A stretch of DNA of 56,073 bases from Verrucomicrobiota bacterium (lineage in GTDB: Bacteria > Verrucomicrobiota > Verrucomicrobiia > Limisphaerales > UBA9464): NCBI GenBank assembly GCA_029865985.1, contig JARXAF010000140.1:1-56073 (forward strand), given 5' to 3'. The number at the start of each line of letters is the position of its first letter. Position 1 is the stretch's first letter. Position numbers and translations under genes: made by a program. This document shows, in pieces, positions 41,974 through 51,890 of this stretch. The notes under the pieces are model-generated. The model saw only the letters and a program-made list of their open reading frames with translations, did not search any database and was not told the DNA's origin.

Positions 41974-43263
41974 TCACTTCATCAGCGCCTCGATTTCGTC
42001 GGCCTCAATGGGGATATCCGCCATCAGGTCGACAGGCCCGTTCTCCGTGATCAGCACATCGTTCTCCAGACGCACGGCCAGGTTTTCTTCCGGGATGTAG
42101 ATGGCCGGTTCCACAGTCATCACCCAACCCGGAGCAAACGGTTGGCTCATGTGCCCGAGGTCATGGACATCCAATCCAATCGGGTGGCCGTTGCCGTGCA
42201 TGAACCACTTCTTGACCGGCTTCTTGCTGGGATCACTCACCTTGACCTTGAGGTCTTTCGGCTTCAGCAAACCCAGCCCAACGCATTCCTGAGCGACCAG
42301 ATCTTCGGCTTCTGCTTGCCACTGACTCCACAGCTTCCCCGGAGTGAGGCCGGCCGTCGAAGCCCTCAGCACCCGGAGCACCGCGTCGTACACTTGTCGC
42401 TGGCGACGGGTGAAGCGGCCATTGACGGGGATGGTACGCGTCAGGTCTGAATTGTAATTGGCGTAACTGGCTGCCACGTCGAGCAACAACACATCGCCAC
42501 TCCGGCACACCTGATCGTTTTCGAGATAATGCAGCACGCAGGAATTCCTTCCCGCACCGATGATCGGATTGTAGGCGAAACTGCCCCGACGCCGGACAAA
42601 TTCATGGGCGAATTCCGCCTCCACATCGCATTCGTTGACGCCCGGTTCCACGAATTGGCACACCCGCTCGAAGCCAGCCCGGGTGATGGAACAGGCATGG
42701 CGGATGAGCTCCACCTCCATCGGATCCTTCACCACACGGAGCGTGTGGAGCAACGGAGCCAAACGTCGGAAATCATGCAGCGGATATCGGGAACGCAGGT
42801 CTCGGATGAATCGCACATCCCGCGATTCCACTTCGACGACTGCACGCTTGTGCTCGTTGGTGTTGAGCCAGACCGACTGGGCCTCGCACATCAACCGGTG
42901 GAGCATCCGCGGGAAATCCGTTGTCCAATGGATCGAGCGGATCCCGGAAACCTCGGTCGCCTGGACCTTGGTCAACTTGTGACCCTCCCAAATGGCGATG
43001 AGCTCGCTGGTCTCGCGCAGGAACACCATTTCCCGCATCCGCTCGTCGTCGGCATCCGGGAAAATCACGAGGATGGTCTCCTCCTGCTCGATACCGCTGA
43101 GGTAGAACAGGTCGGTGTTGGGCATCATCCTCAGTGTCCCATCGGCATTGGTGGGAAGCACATCATTGGCATTGAGAATGGCCACCGCACCCGGAGGCAA
43201 CATCGCACGAAGGCGCTTTCGATTCTGGGCAAAGAGAGCGGACGGTATGGGAGCGTGTCTCAC
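41974..43263 (-). CDS. pepP: Xaa-Pro aminopeptidase (M24B)
   Basis: LFYLSG, R.VK..E, LHY, LLD......Y.SD.TRT.P, H..GH.IGLDVHD, TVEP.IY, RLEND. Confidence 0.92.
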   Translation of the reverse strand: MRHAPIPSALFAQNRKRLRAMLPPGAVAILNANDVLPTNADGTLRMMPNTDLFYLSGIEQEETILVIFPDADDERMREMVFLRETSELIAIWEGHKLTKVQATEVSGIRSIHWTTDFPRMLHRLMCEAQSVWLNTNEHKRAVVEVESRDVRFIRDLRSRYPLHDFRRLAPLLHTLRVVKDPMEVELIRHACSITRAGFERVCQFVEPGVNECDVEAEFAHEFVRRRGSFAYNPIIGAGRNSCVLHYLENDQVCRSGDVLLLDVAASYANYNSDLTRTIPVNGRFTRRQRQVYDAVLRVLRASTAGLTPGKLWSQWQAEAEDLVAQECVGLGLLKPKDLKVKVSDPSKKPVKKWFMHGNGHPIGLDVHDLGHMSQPFAPGWVMTVEPAIYIPEENLAVRLENDVLITENGPVDLMADIPIEADEIEALMK

Positions 43264-43330
43264 GCGCTCCAGATTCTATCGACGAGCCATCTCGTCAACC
43301 TTGAGATGACACCGTCGCCGCGGGCCGCGA

Positions 43331-43846
43331 TCACTTTCGAGAAGCACAAACCCGGAGTTGGTCATCCGGTGGGAGCCGATGAAGGAGATCGGTGATCGAC
43401 AGAGACTGGCCCGGAAAACAGTAGCCCGGAACCAATTCTGCCAGGGGTTGCAACACGAAACGGCGCTCCTGGGCTCGAGGATGGGGCAGGATCAATTCCC
43501 TCGTGTTGCGTGTCTGGTTTCCCCAGACGATCAAATCCAAATCCAGGGGACGCGACTCGTTGTGCACCAATTTGGGACGCCGCCCTGCCTCCTTCTCAAC
43601 GGTTTGCAAGAAGTCCAACCACGCTTCTGGTGAATCACCCTGCGGAGGAGTCAGAATGGCCACAGCATTGGTGAAGATGGGTGAACCGGGTGGACAATCC
43701 ACCGGGGTGCTGGACCACAAGGAGGAGCGCAGCAATGGGCCTATTGATCGGCTTTCGAGTCGATCCATCGCCCAACAGATCAAGGACGCTGAATCTCCCA
43801 GGTTGGATCCAAAAGCGACAACGGCCTGAACGGTTTCGGAAACCAT
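43331..43846 (-). CDS. folK: 2-amino-4-hydroxy-6-hydroxymethyldihydropteridine diphosphokinase
   Basis: GSNLGD, F.NAV, R.LDLDL, L.LPHPR...R.FVL.PL. Confidence 0.93.
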   Translation of the reverse strand: MVSETVQAVVAFGSNLGDSASLICWAMDRLESRSIGPLLRSSLWSSTPVDCPPGSPIFTNAVAILTPPQGDSPEAWLDFLQTVEKEAGRRPKLVHNESRPLDLDLIVWGNQTRNTRELILPHPRAQERRFVLQPLAELVPGYCFPGQSLSITDLLHRLPPDDQLRVCASRK

Positions 43847-43882
43847 GGGATCAAGGAATCAGGCTCAAATGCTCCTTCGGGC

Positions 43883-44617
43883 TCAGTGCAAACCCAGAAC
43901 ATCCTGCATGCTGTAAATGCCCGCAGCTTTGCCCACCACCCAACCGGAGGCTCGCAGTGCTCCCTGTGCAAACGTGTCCCGACTGCTGGCCTTGTGGGTC
44001 AATTCCACCCGCTCACCGACATCCGCAAAGAGAACCGTGTGATCGCCTACCACATCACCACCGCGAACCGCATGAATGCCGATCTCGGAGGGAGTACGCG
44101 CTCCAACGATGCCATGGCGACCGTGACGCAGGGCTTCCTCCAATTGAACTTTGCGAACGTCTCCCAGAATTTCCAACAAGGTGGTCGCGGTTCCGCTGGG
44201 TGCATCCTTTTTGAGCCGGTGATGAGTCTCGATGACTTCCAGATCAAAGGATGGCCCGAGAATTTCGGCAGCTTTCCGGGTTAACCAGAAGAGCGTGTTG
44301 ACCCCGGTCGAATAGTTCGAAGCCCAGACCATTGGGATCTTGGCCGCGGCCAAGCGGATTGCGGCTTTTTCAACCTCGCTATGCCCCGTGGTGCCAATGA
44401 CTAAGGCCTTGCCATGGGTCGCACACAGGGCAGCGACATGGGCGGTGGCATCGTGGTGGGTGAAGTCGATGACCGCATCGGCCTGCGGCAGGACCGAGGC
44501 AAGATCGTCCCCGGCATCCAGCCCGGCAACGACCCGCAATTCCGGATGATCTTTGGCACACGCCAGCAGTGCCTGACCCATCCGCCCCTTGGAACCATTG
44601 ATGATGATACGCGTCAC
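43883..44617 (-). CDS. dapB: 4-hydroxy-tetrahydrodipicolinate reductase
   Basis: G..GRMG, IDFT, GTTG, N.S.GV, E.HH..K.DAPSGTA, R.GD.VG.H, H.A.SR..FA.GA; probable GTG start at 44617. Confidence 0.96.
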   Translation of the reverse strand: MTRIIINGSKGRMGQALLACAKDHPELRVVAGLDAGDDLASVLPQADAVIDFTHHDATAHVAALCATHGKALVIGTTGHSEVEKAAIRLAAAKIPMVWASNYSTGVNTLFWLTRKAAEILGPSFDLEVIETHHRLKKDAPSGTATTLLEILGDVRKVQLEEALRHGRHGIVGARTPSEIGIHAVRGGDVVGDHTVLFADVGERVELTHKASSRDTFAQGALRASGWVVGKAAGIYSMQDVLGLH

Positions 44618-44750
44618 GGATTCGACATTACCGCCAAGCCCTCCGGCGAACAAGAAAGCCGATGGTTCAAACACACGAACTCCGCCGGAAAGAGTCGGAG
44701 AGGCTTCCGGTGGTCAGGGATGCCCGTCTGGTGTTCAATACGGCCGCCTC

Positions 44751-45473
44751 ATGTCCAACCCGGGAGCTCCACTGAAACCCATACCGACGTCCCTGCGATG
44801 GGTGGGCCGTGGTCTGGGTTGGGCAACGGCTCTCAGCTGGGCTGCGATCCAAATCCCCATCGAAGCCGGGAGGGCGGCGCCAGCAGGTTGGCTACTGGCG
44901 TGTTTCACTGGGGCCATCGCCATGGAAACCCACCGCTGGCTACCCACGCAGAACACGGTCGCGGCTGCCGGGCTGATCTCCGTCGTTGGATCCCTTCTGG
45001 CGATCTCTCAAGGAAGTCGTTCTCGAGCTGCCCTGATGCTGAATGTCCTGATCTGGTTCAGCCACATCCTCAGCAGCCGTGGGCTCATCCGCTACCTGCT
45101 CCGCCCATGGCGCGGACAAACCGGTTACGGTGTGTGGGTCCTCGTGGGAACGACGGGGATCTCGGCCGTGTCCATCGGCTTGACCCAAATTTCTGTAGGT
45201 CTGAATCCTTCGCTTCTCGGATGCACGATTCAAATCGCGGGAACGGGATTGGCCCTGTTATCGGCCAGCGTTTGGCTCCTGGTGAAAAAGCCCATCCCTG
45301 AAGCACCGAATCCCTGGCCCGCTAGATTCTGGTTCGCTCTTACCCTGACCCAGATCTTTGCCTTGATGGTCACCAAGCGCTGGGGTGGCGCTGCGGTCGC
45401 AGTCTCGGTCACCCTCGTTGCGCTGGTTGGAATTTTCGTCCAACACTGTACTCGTAAACATTCGCATCAGTGA
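44751..45473 (+). CDS. Hypothetical integral membrane protein, possibly a divergent CruF/DUF422-like protein
   Basis: Multiple transmembrane segments; LP.QN and SRG..R..LRPWR....YG.W recall verrucomicrobial 'carotenoid biosynthesis protein' sequences (from memory, not searched). Confidence 0.5.
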   Translation: MSNPGAPLKPIPTSLRWVGRGLGWATALSWAAIQIPIEAGRAAPAGWLLACFTGAIAMETHRWLPTQNTVAAAGLISVVGSLLAISQGSRSRAALMLNVLIWFSHILSSRGLIRYLLRPWRGQTGYGVWVLVGTTGISAVSIGLTQISVGLNPSLLGCTIQIAGTGLALLSASVWLLVKKPIPEAPNPWPARFWFALTLTQIFALMVTKRWGGAAVAVSVTLVALVGIFVQHCTRKHSHQ

Positions 45474-46822
45474 CCTGGCTCTGCATCGCCAGAACCAGTA
45501 ACCGGAGAGGTTGTCTGAAGTAGCAGCACCCTCGAAACCCGCATGCCATCCAACTCGCAAACAGTGAGTTGATAGGCACCCAGGGCCACGGTGTCCCCCA
45601 TCTTGGCGAAGCCTCCCAATTGTTCGGTCATCCAGCCACCCACGGTGTGAACCTCGGAAGCATCCACCGATTCTTTGACCAACTCCGACAGTTCGAACAG
45701 CGGGAGGGATCCATCCAGACGCCACTGAGAGGCCCCGAGCACTTCGATGCGCGGCTTTTCCTGATCGAACTCGTCCTGGATCTGCCCAACCAATTCCTCC
45801 AGGACATTCTCCAGAGTGACCATGCCCACGGTGCTTCCGTACTCATCGACCACCACAGCCAAATGGAGGCGCCGATCGAGGAAGAGTTGCAGCAAACGAT
45901 CGAGCCGAGCGGTTTCCGGGACATAGATCACTGGCTTGGAACTGGATCGCAAAATGGAAGCGGACCCTTTGACGTCTCGTCGCAAGTAGATGTCCTTGGC
46001 GTGCACCACGCCCACCAAACGGTCGAGATCCCCACCGTCACTCAACGGAAACCGTGAGTACCGGGTCTCATCGGCCAACCGAAGGCAATCCGCAATGGAT
46101 CGTCGGAGATCCAAGGCCACGATTTCCCGCCTCGGGCGCATCACTTCGCGGACCCGGCGGCGGCCAAGATCGAGGGAGTTCTGGACGATTTCCCGCGCCA
46201 ACACCGAACTGCCTCCGGCCGCCAGCGTGGATCCGAGCATCAATCGCAGTTCGTCTTCGGAGTGCACCTCTCCGTGGCCCGAGGACTCGATCCCCAGGCG
46301 TTGCAACACCCAGAGCGAGGTCCAGTTCAAAACCCAGATCAGGGGATAGGTCAGGACATAGAACCAATGGAGCGGATAAGCCACCCAGAGCGACGACGGT
46401 AGTGGGCGCTTGATGGCGATGAATTTGGGTGCCTGCTCACCCACCACGACATGGAAGAAGGTCACCACCATGATGCCCACCGAGGCCGAGAACAGGTGGC
46501 GCAACCGTTCCGACTCAATCCGGAACCATCCGAAGACCGGCTCCAAAAGTGCCGCAAAAACAGGTTCAGCGACCCAACCCAAGGCCAGACTGGCAAGCGT
46601 GATGCCCAACTGGCAGGCGCTCAGATACCCATCGAGGTGGGAAAGGATGTGACGCACCATCCCGGCCCTTCGGTGACGCCGCTGAATGTACCCTTCCAAC
46701 TGGGTATCCCGGATCTTCACCAACGCGAATTCAGCCGCGACGAAAAACCCGTTGAAAGCCACCAGCGCCAGAGCCAGTGATAGTTTTCCCGCCACTTCCA
46801 AAAATGAGGAAGGCTCGCTCAT
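45467..46822 (-). CDS. CNNM/CorB (HlyC/CorC, hemolysin-family) transporter, paralogue 1
   Basis: FFVAAEFALV, QLGIT..SL.LG, GE..PK, YSRFP, H.A.VVDEYG...G.VT.E..LEE.VG.I.DE.D, C-terminal CorC domain. Confidence 0.93.
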   Translation of the reverse strand: MSEPSSFLEVAGKLSLALALVAFNGFFVAAEFALVKIRDTQLEGYIQRRHRRAGMVRHILSHLDGYLSACQLGITLASLALGWVAEPVFAALLEPVFGWFRIESERLRHLFSASVGIMVVTFFHVVVGEQAPKFIAIKRPLPSSLWVAYPLHWFYVLTYPLIWVLNWTSLWVLQRLGIESSGHGEVHSEDELRLMLGSTLAAGGSSVLAREIVQNSLDLGRRRVREVMRPRREIVALDLRRSIADCLRLADETRYSRFPLSDGGDLDRLVGVVHAKDIYLRRDVKGSASILRSSSKPVIYVPETARLDRLLQLFLDRRLHLAVVVDEYGSTVGMVTLENVLEELVGQIQDEFDQEKPRIEVLGASQWRLDGSLPLFELSELVKESVDASEVHTVGGWMTEQLGGFAKMGDTVALGAYQLTVCELDGMRVSRVLLLQTTSPVTGSGDAEPGH

Positions 46823-47808
46823 GACTGGACCTCCAGGAACAAAGCGCCCAAGACATCGGAAAGCGTCACGATCCCCATCTCAACGCCTCCGGGGCCCCGG
46901 ACGATCGCCAGGTGTTCGCCAGACCGTTGAAACACCCTCAGGGCTTCCTCGATGCGCATGGAATCGTCGAGGAACAGGGCGGGCCGCAACCAATCACGGG
47001 CGGTTTTGCGGCGACCATTCTGCTCCGAATACAGCACATCCTTGAGGCTGATGATTCCCTCGATCCTTCGACCGGATCCGTGGGTGTTCCAAACGGGCAT
47101 TCGGGTTCGCCCCTCCCGTCGACACAAATCCCGAATCTCTTCAAGGCTCGCCGAAGCCGTGACGGATTGAGCCGAATCCAACGGCTTGGCCACACGCGAG
47201 AGGGTGAGGTTCTGGGCGTCGATCACGCGGTTGATGAGGGAGCGCTCTGTCTTGGACAATTCACCCGTGCTCGATTGGATCAACGCCTTGAGTTCGTCCC
47301 GGTTGGCAAACAGTCGGCTGCTGAGCGCACGGTCACCTGTCACCCAGAGGAGCGCCTGGGCAAATCGACCCACCAGAAAGACAGCAGGTGAGAGCATCCA
47401 ATGGATGGCGGCAAAGACGGGCAACAGCCACAGACAAAGGCGGTTGGGCATGCGCTGGAACAAGCGCTTGGGCAACAATTCACAAATGAGGTAAACCGCT
47501 AGGCCCGTTGCCAACAACATCGGCCACAACATCCATTCACGTCCCCGAGCCCAACTCTGAAGATCCTGCCAAATGAGGGCCACGGCTGCAAAATTGGCCA
47601 CCGTGTTTCCAACGAGAATGGTCCAAAGGAAATCCTCCGGCCGATCCATGTAGGCCAACAAACGTCGGGCATTGCCGCTACCCGCCCGAGCCCTTTGGCG
47701 CACCCGCAACCGACTCAAAGCAAACACCCCGGCCTCCATGCCCGAGAGGAAAAAGGACACCAACAGCCATCCCGCCATGGAAACCCAATGCATCACTTCG
47801 TGGTTCAC
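46819..47808 (-). CDS. CNNM/DUF21 + CBS protein, paralogue 2 (no CorC domain)
   Basis: FLSG.E, TIL.GN..AN, E..PK, divergent CBS pair; 4-bp overlaps with both neighbours. Confidence 0.85.
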   Translation of the reverse strand: MNHEVMHWVSMAGWLLVSFFLSGMEAGVFALSRLRVRQRARAGSGNARRLLAYMDRPEDFLWTILVGNTVANFAAVALIWQDLQSWARGREWMLWPMLLATGLAVYLICELLPKRLFQRMPNRLCLWLLPVFAAIHWMLSPAVFLVGRFAQALLWVTGDRALSSRLFANRDELKALIQSSTGELSKTERSLINRVIDAQNLTLSRVAKPLDSAQSVTASASLEEIRDLCRREGRTRMPVWNTHGSGRRIEGIISLKDVLYSEQNGRRKTARDWLRPALFLDDSMRIEEALRVFQRSGEHLAIVRGPGGVEMGIVTLSDVLGALFLEVQS

Positions 47809-49058
47809 AGAGCCGCCTCCGTTTCCACCAGCAACTCGCGAATCCGTCGTTCATCCGCCAGTTTGACTGTGATCCGAAGGCCTTGATGTCGAAACACCTC
47901 TCCCACGGTCGGAACCACATCAGCGAGCCACAAAACAAGGCCCGCCAGAGTTTCCACATCATCGGGAGGATTCAGTGCCGGATACTCGCGGCGGAAATCA
48001 TCGAGACGCATGGCCCCATTGACCCTCCATCGGCCCGGAGCAAGGCACTCGAAGACAAAACCTTGAGCCTCCCCCTCTCGACGGATGGGACCGACAACGG
48101 AAACCAGAATATCTTGCAAGGTCAGCAATCCAGCCGTGCTTCCATACTCATCGAGAACGATGGCCACGCCGCGGTGCTGTCGCTGCATGGCTTCGAAGAG
48201 TTTCAGAAGATTCATGCTCTCTGGAACGAAGGACGGAAACTCCATCGCCATGAAGAGGTCCGCGTGGGCATCGAGCAACAGTGTTCGGGTGTTCAAGACA
48301 CCCACCACATTGTCCGGGGATTCGTCGTACAGGGGGATCCAGTGATGCCCGGATTTCCGAGCCTCTTCGACCATCTGATCCATGGGCAAATCATCGGGCA
48401 AAAGAACCATCCTGGCCCGAGGCTGCATCACATCGCGCGCGGTTCGCTCATCCAGAGAGAGCACTTGCAGGAGTATCTCCTTCTCGCCCGCTCCCAGGGT
48501 TCCCTGCTGATGGGCCAGTTCAATGAGATCGGCATATTCATCGTCCGACACACCCGCTTGAACCTTGGCGGACTTGGGAACCAATCGCTCCACGGCTCCG
48601 TCCACCCATCTTTGCGCGATCTTCCGGACCGGACGGGTCAGGCTGACAAAGAACCACAGCGGTTCAGCAACCCGGAGCGCCCAAGTCTCAGGGCTGCGAA
48701 CACCCAATGCCTTGGGAGTCACTTCGCAAGTCAGCAGCAGCAGCAGCAACCCCAATGCAGCCCACCAAATCCCGGGGATTCCAGGGTCCAAAGCCAACCC
48801 ACCGCCAATGGTCAGCGCCACAAGGAGAGAATTGGACAGGGTATTGCCCAGAGCGATGGCTGCCAGAACATCCGATGGCTGCGCCAGAAGGGCACCGACC
48901 CGTTCACTCCCCCGACGGCCCGATTCGACAAGACGCCGCGCGCGCCAAGTCCCCAGGGAAAACAGGGCGGACTCGGCGAGTGCGAAGAAGAAACTCGCTA
49001 CGATCAGCGCCAAGAGAACGAGGAGCGGAGTTGTGGGTAAAGCAACCAACAGCCACAT
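47805..49058 (-). CDS. CNNM/CorB (HlyC/CorC) transporter, paralogue 3
   Basis: FF..AESALFSL, LGN, EVTPK, DVM.PR, AIVLDEYG.TAG..T..D, ETLAG CorC domain. Confidence 0.9.
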   Translation of the reverse strand: MWLLVALPTTPLLVLLALIVASFFFALAESALFSLGTWRARRLVESGRRGSERVGALLAQPSDVLAAIALGNTLSNSLLVALTIGGGLALDPGIPGIWWAALGLLLLLLTCEVTPKALGVRSPETWALRVAEPLWFFVSLTRPVRKIAQRWVDGAVERLVPKSAKVQAGVSDDEYADLIELAHQQGTLGAGEKEILLQVLSLDERTARDVMQPRARMVLLPDDLPMDQMVEEARKSGHHWIPLYDESPDNVVGVLNTRTLLLDAHADLFMAMEFPSFVPESMNLLKLFEAMQRQHRGVAIVLDEYGSTAGLLTLQDILVSVVGPIRREGEAQGFVFECLAPGRWRVNGAMRLDDFRREYPALNPPDDVETLAGLVLWLADVVPTVGEVFRHQGLRITVKLADERRIRELLVETEAAL

Positions 49059-49172
49059 CGAGTCTCAAAATCGGGCAACTTTCAATCCAAGAGGCGGCCC
49101 AGCGTGAAAGTCGTCCGAACCGAGAATTGCCAGACAACTTCCCATTTCTTCAGAATTGCATACGCTTTTCCC

Positions 49173-49661
49173 ATGCGAACCGTTGTGTATCCGGGGAGTT
49201 TCGATCCGATCACCAATGGCCACCTCGACGTGGTCCAGCGGGCTGCCAAAATGTTCGACCGGGTGATCCTGGCCGTGGCCCGCAACGAGGGCAAACACCC
49301 GCTCTTCAGTCTCGATGAGCGCAAGCGGATGGCACTGTCGGCCGTATCAAATCTCGGCAATGTCGTGGTGGAGACCTTTGAAGGACTTCTGGTGGACTAT
49401 GTCATTCACCACAAGGCCTGTGCCGTGGTTCGAGGCCTTCGAGCGGTGAGCGATTTCGAATTCGAATTCCAGCTCGCGTTGATGAACCGCAAGCTCAACG
49501 AGAACGTGGAGACCGTGTTCCTCATGCCCAAGGATTCCTACTCCTTCCTCAGTTCGCGCCTGGTCAAAGAAGTGGCTCGGCTGAAGGGCGATGTCTCTCC
49601 CTTCGTTTCAACGGAAGTCGTGGAGGCTCTCCGCAGCAAGCTGAACACCTCACACGACTGA
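49173..49661 (+). CDS. coaD: Pantetheine-phosphate adenylyltransferase
   Basis: YPGSFDP.TNGH, RGLRAVSDFEFE.Q.A.MN, SS..VKE. Confidence 0.97.
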   Translation: MRTVVYPGSFDPITNGHLDVVQRAAKMFDRVILAVARNEGKHPLFSLDERKRMALSAVSNLGNVVVETFEGLLVDYVIHHKACAVVRGLRAVSDFEFEFQLALMNRKLNENVETVFLMPKDSYSFLSSRLVKEVARLKGDVSPFVSTEVVEALRSKLNTSHD

Positions 49662-49778
49662 CCGAGGCCCCATCCGGTGGAATGCAATCGACTCGAAGAT
49701 TTGTGTCGATGCAGCCCACCCGTTCCACTGCATCGGGCGACGCTGGACTCGCTTGAGGCCGGGACGCACACTCGGGCA

Positions 49779-50402
49779 ATGATTTCTCCCAAGTTCCGTC
49801 TCATGGCCATGGCTGTGCTCGCGCTTCCGATGTGGGCCGGTGAGTCCAAGTCACTCTTCGATGGGAAGACACTGCAAGGCTGGGAAGGCGACCCGAAGAT
49901 CTGGTCGGTCCAGGACGGAGCGATCACCGCCGGCAGCATCGACCAGCGGGCCAAGCGCAACGAGTTCCTCGCCAGCACCCGCAGCTACACCAACTTCGTC
50001 CTGCGCCTGCAGTTCAAGATCGAGGGGACCGAAGGTTTTGTGAATTCCGGCGTCCAGATTCGCAGCGAACGCATTCCCAACCACCACGAGATGGTCGGAT
50101 ACCAAGCCGACATCGGCGAAGGTTGGTACGGCGCGCTGTACGATGAATCCCGACGGAACACCATCCTCGCCAAACCCGATCCGGAGACCGTGAAGAAGGC
50201 CGTAAAACCGGGGCAATGGAACCACTATGAAATCCGAGCCAACGGCGACCGGGTGACGTTGAAAATCAATGGTGTCCAAACGGTCGACTACACCGAGAAA
50301 GACCCGAAGGTGGTGCCGCACGGCAAGCTGGCTGTTCAAATCCACGGCGATGGAAAAACCCGCGTCCAATTCAAGGACCTATCCATCGAAGAATTGCCCT
50401 GA
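49779..50402 (+). CDS. DUF1080 (3-keto-disaccharide hydrolase-like) secreted protein
   Basis: LFDGKTL.GW, W.V.DG.I, NF.L...FK, NSGVQ.RS, GYQAD, WN.Y.I, G.LA.Q.H, V.FKD..I.EL. Confidence 0.9.
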   Translation: MISPKFRLMAMAVLALPMWAGESKSLFDGKTLQGWEGDPKIWSVQDGAITAGSIDQRAKRNEFLASTRSYTNFVLRLQFKIEGTEGFVNSGVQIRSERIPNHHEMVGYQADIGEGWYGALYDESRRNTILAKPDPETVKKAVKPGQWNHYEIRANGDRVTLKINGVQTVDYTEKDPKVVPHGKLAVQIHGDGKTRVQFKDLSIEELP

Positions 50403-50451
50403 GGTTGATCCGCGGATTCGCGCGGTTCAACATCCCAAAGGTTCGACCATC

Positions 50452-50491
50452 AAAAAAAACAAGCCGCAGGAAACCCTGCGGCTTGTTTTTT
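50452..50491. terminator. Bidirectional intrinsic terminator between the convergent DUF1080 and pfkB genes
   Basis: A-run + CAAGCCGCAGG-AAAC-CCTGCGGCTTG + T-run. Confidence 0.9.
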
Positions 50492-50562
50492 GAATCGAAT
50501 CCTTGGAGCGAACTCCTTGAGCGAACCAGGATGTCGACGCGAATCAATCGATCCTGCGCCGA

Positions 50563-51612
50563 TCAGTCTTCACCGGGTTCCAAAGGAGGACGCACTCCGT
50601 ACTTCTTCTTGAGAGCCTCGACCTGAGCCAAGGGCTTCATGCCTCCGGTACATGTCGGATCCGAAAGAGATGCAGCGGCTGCGCAAACCCCGGTCAGCAA
50701 CGACTTCTGGAGATCCCAGCCTTCATGGAGTCCCAGGAGAACACCGGCGGCAAAGGCATCCCCTGCCCCAGCTGAACCAGCGATCGCCTTGGCCGGAACC
50801 TTGAGAGACGGCTGCCAGTGATCTTTGCCATCGCGGGTGCGAGCGAAACAGCCCTCCGGGAAGTGAATGACCACCAATTCCTTCACGCCGAACTGAAGGA
50901 TGGCCCCGGCCGCATGGCGCAACGAAACCGTGTCCAAGACTCCTTCCTTTCGAATGCGGAAACCGGTCACCATACCGGCCTCGTATTCGTTGATGATCGC
51001 GTAGTCGCAGTGCTTGAGCGCCGGTGTGACCACGGTCTTGAATCGGTCGCCGGTCTCGCTGACCACGTCGATGCTGGTCTTCATGCCAGCAGCCTGGGCA
51101 GCCGCCAAGAGCTTAGCCGCGGCAGTCGTTCCGTCCTTGGCAACCACGTCCATCTTGTCGAGCAGCAAGAGGTAGCCCAGATGGAAAATGCGCGCCTTGA
51201 TCTTGGAGAAATCCAACTCCTTCCCATCCCAGAGTGCATTGGCACCCCGGTAGTGGAAGAAGGTCCGCTTGCCGTTCGATTGAACGGTGAAGACATCGGT
51301 GTAGCTGGTGTCTGCGTCGGCTGTGGCCTTCAGGTACCGGGTATCGATCTTGTGCTTGGCACAGTCTTCCAGGATCGAAGCTCCCAAGGCGTCCTTGCCC
51401 ACCAGACCGGTGCCGAGTAGGGGAAACTCAACCCCCAACTTGGCTAGATCCAGCAGCACGTTGTAAGGAGACCCTCCGGTGCCTTGGTGTTGGCTCTTGA
51501 TGTTGGCCAACTGCTCGAGCCCGGGATAGGCGTCGACGATCTTGACCCGATCGATGATCCAGTTGCCGCCGGCAAGAATGCCGGAGCGTTTGGAAACGGA
51601 ATTGCTCTTCAT
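50563..51612 (-). CDS. PfkB family carbohydrate kinase
   Basis: GG.PYN....LAKLG, G.VG.D..G, RTF...GAN, NE.EA, GAGDAFAAG. Confidence 0.9.
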   Translation of the reverse strand: MKSNSVSKRSGILAGGNWIIDRVKIVDAYPGLEQLANIKSQHQGTGGSPYNVLLDLAKLGVEFPLLGTGLVGKDALGASILEDCAKHKIDTRYLKATADADTSYTDVFTVQSNGKRTFFHYRGANALWDGKELDFSKIKARIFHLGYLLLLDKMDVVAKDGTTAAAKLLAAAQAAGMKTSIDVVSETGDRFKTVVTPALKHCDYAIINEYEAGMVTGFRIRKEGVLDTVSLRHAAGAILQFGVKELVVIHFPEGCFARTRDGKDHWQPSLKVPAKAIAGSAGAGDAFAAGVLLGLHEGWDLQKSLLTGVCAAAASLSDPTCTGGMKPLAQVEALKKKYGVRPPLEPGED

Positions 51613-51890
51613 CGGAAATGGATACGGCGGTGCAGAAAAGACGTTTGAACTCACAAAGCCTACACGGAGCGAGTCGTGGTTGTCTCTAAGGATTTCCGGG
51701 AGCAGTGGAAAGCATCCTTCAAAACACCAGACCCAATGGCTCCCAACGCATCGCTCCCAGCCCTTATCAAGGCCATGCCATGGACTAGGACCCAAACCAC
51801 CCTTCGTGCAGAAAACCCAACCTTGCGGGGATCACCTCTTGTGTCGGTCACCCCGACCTCGTTAACTTCTTTCAAGTCCCCCGCTGGCTT

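Noticed and set aside
51762-51825. CTTATCAAG...GGACTAGGACCC resembling the 5' part of a SAM-I riboswitch
   Set aside because: It lacks the GAG/kink-turn, GCAACC and GTGC elements and a closing P1 strand, and the downstream gene is not sulfur-related
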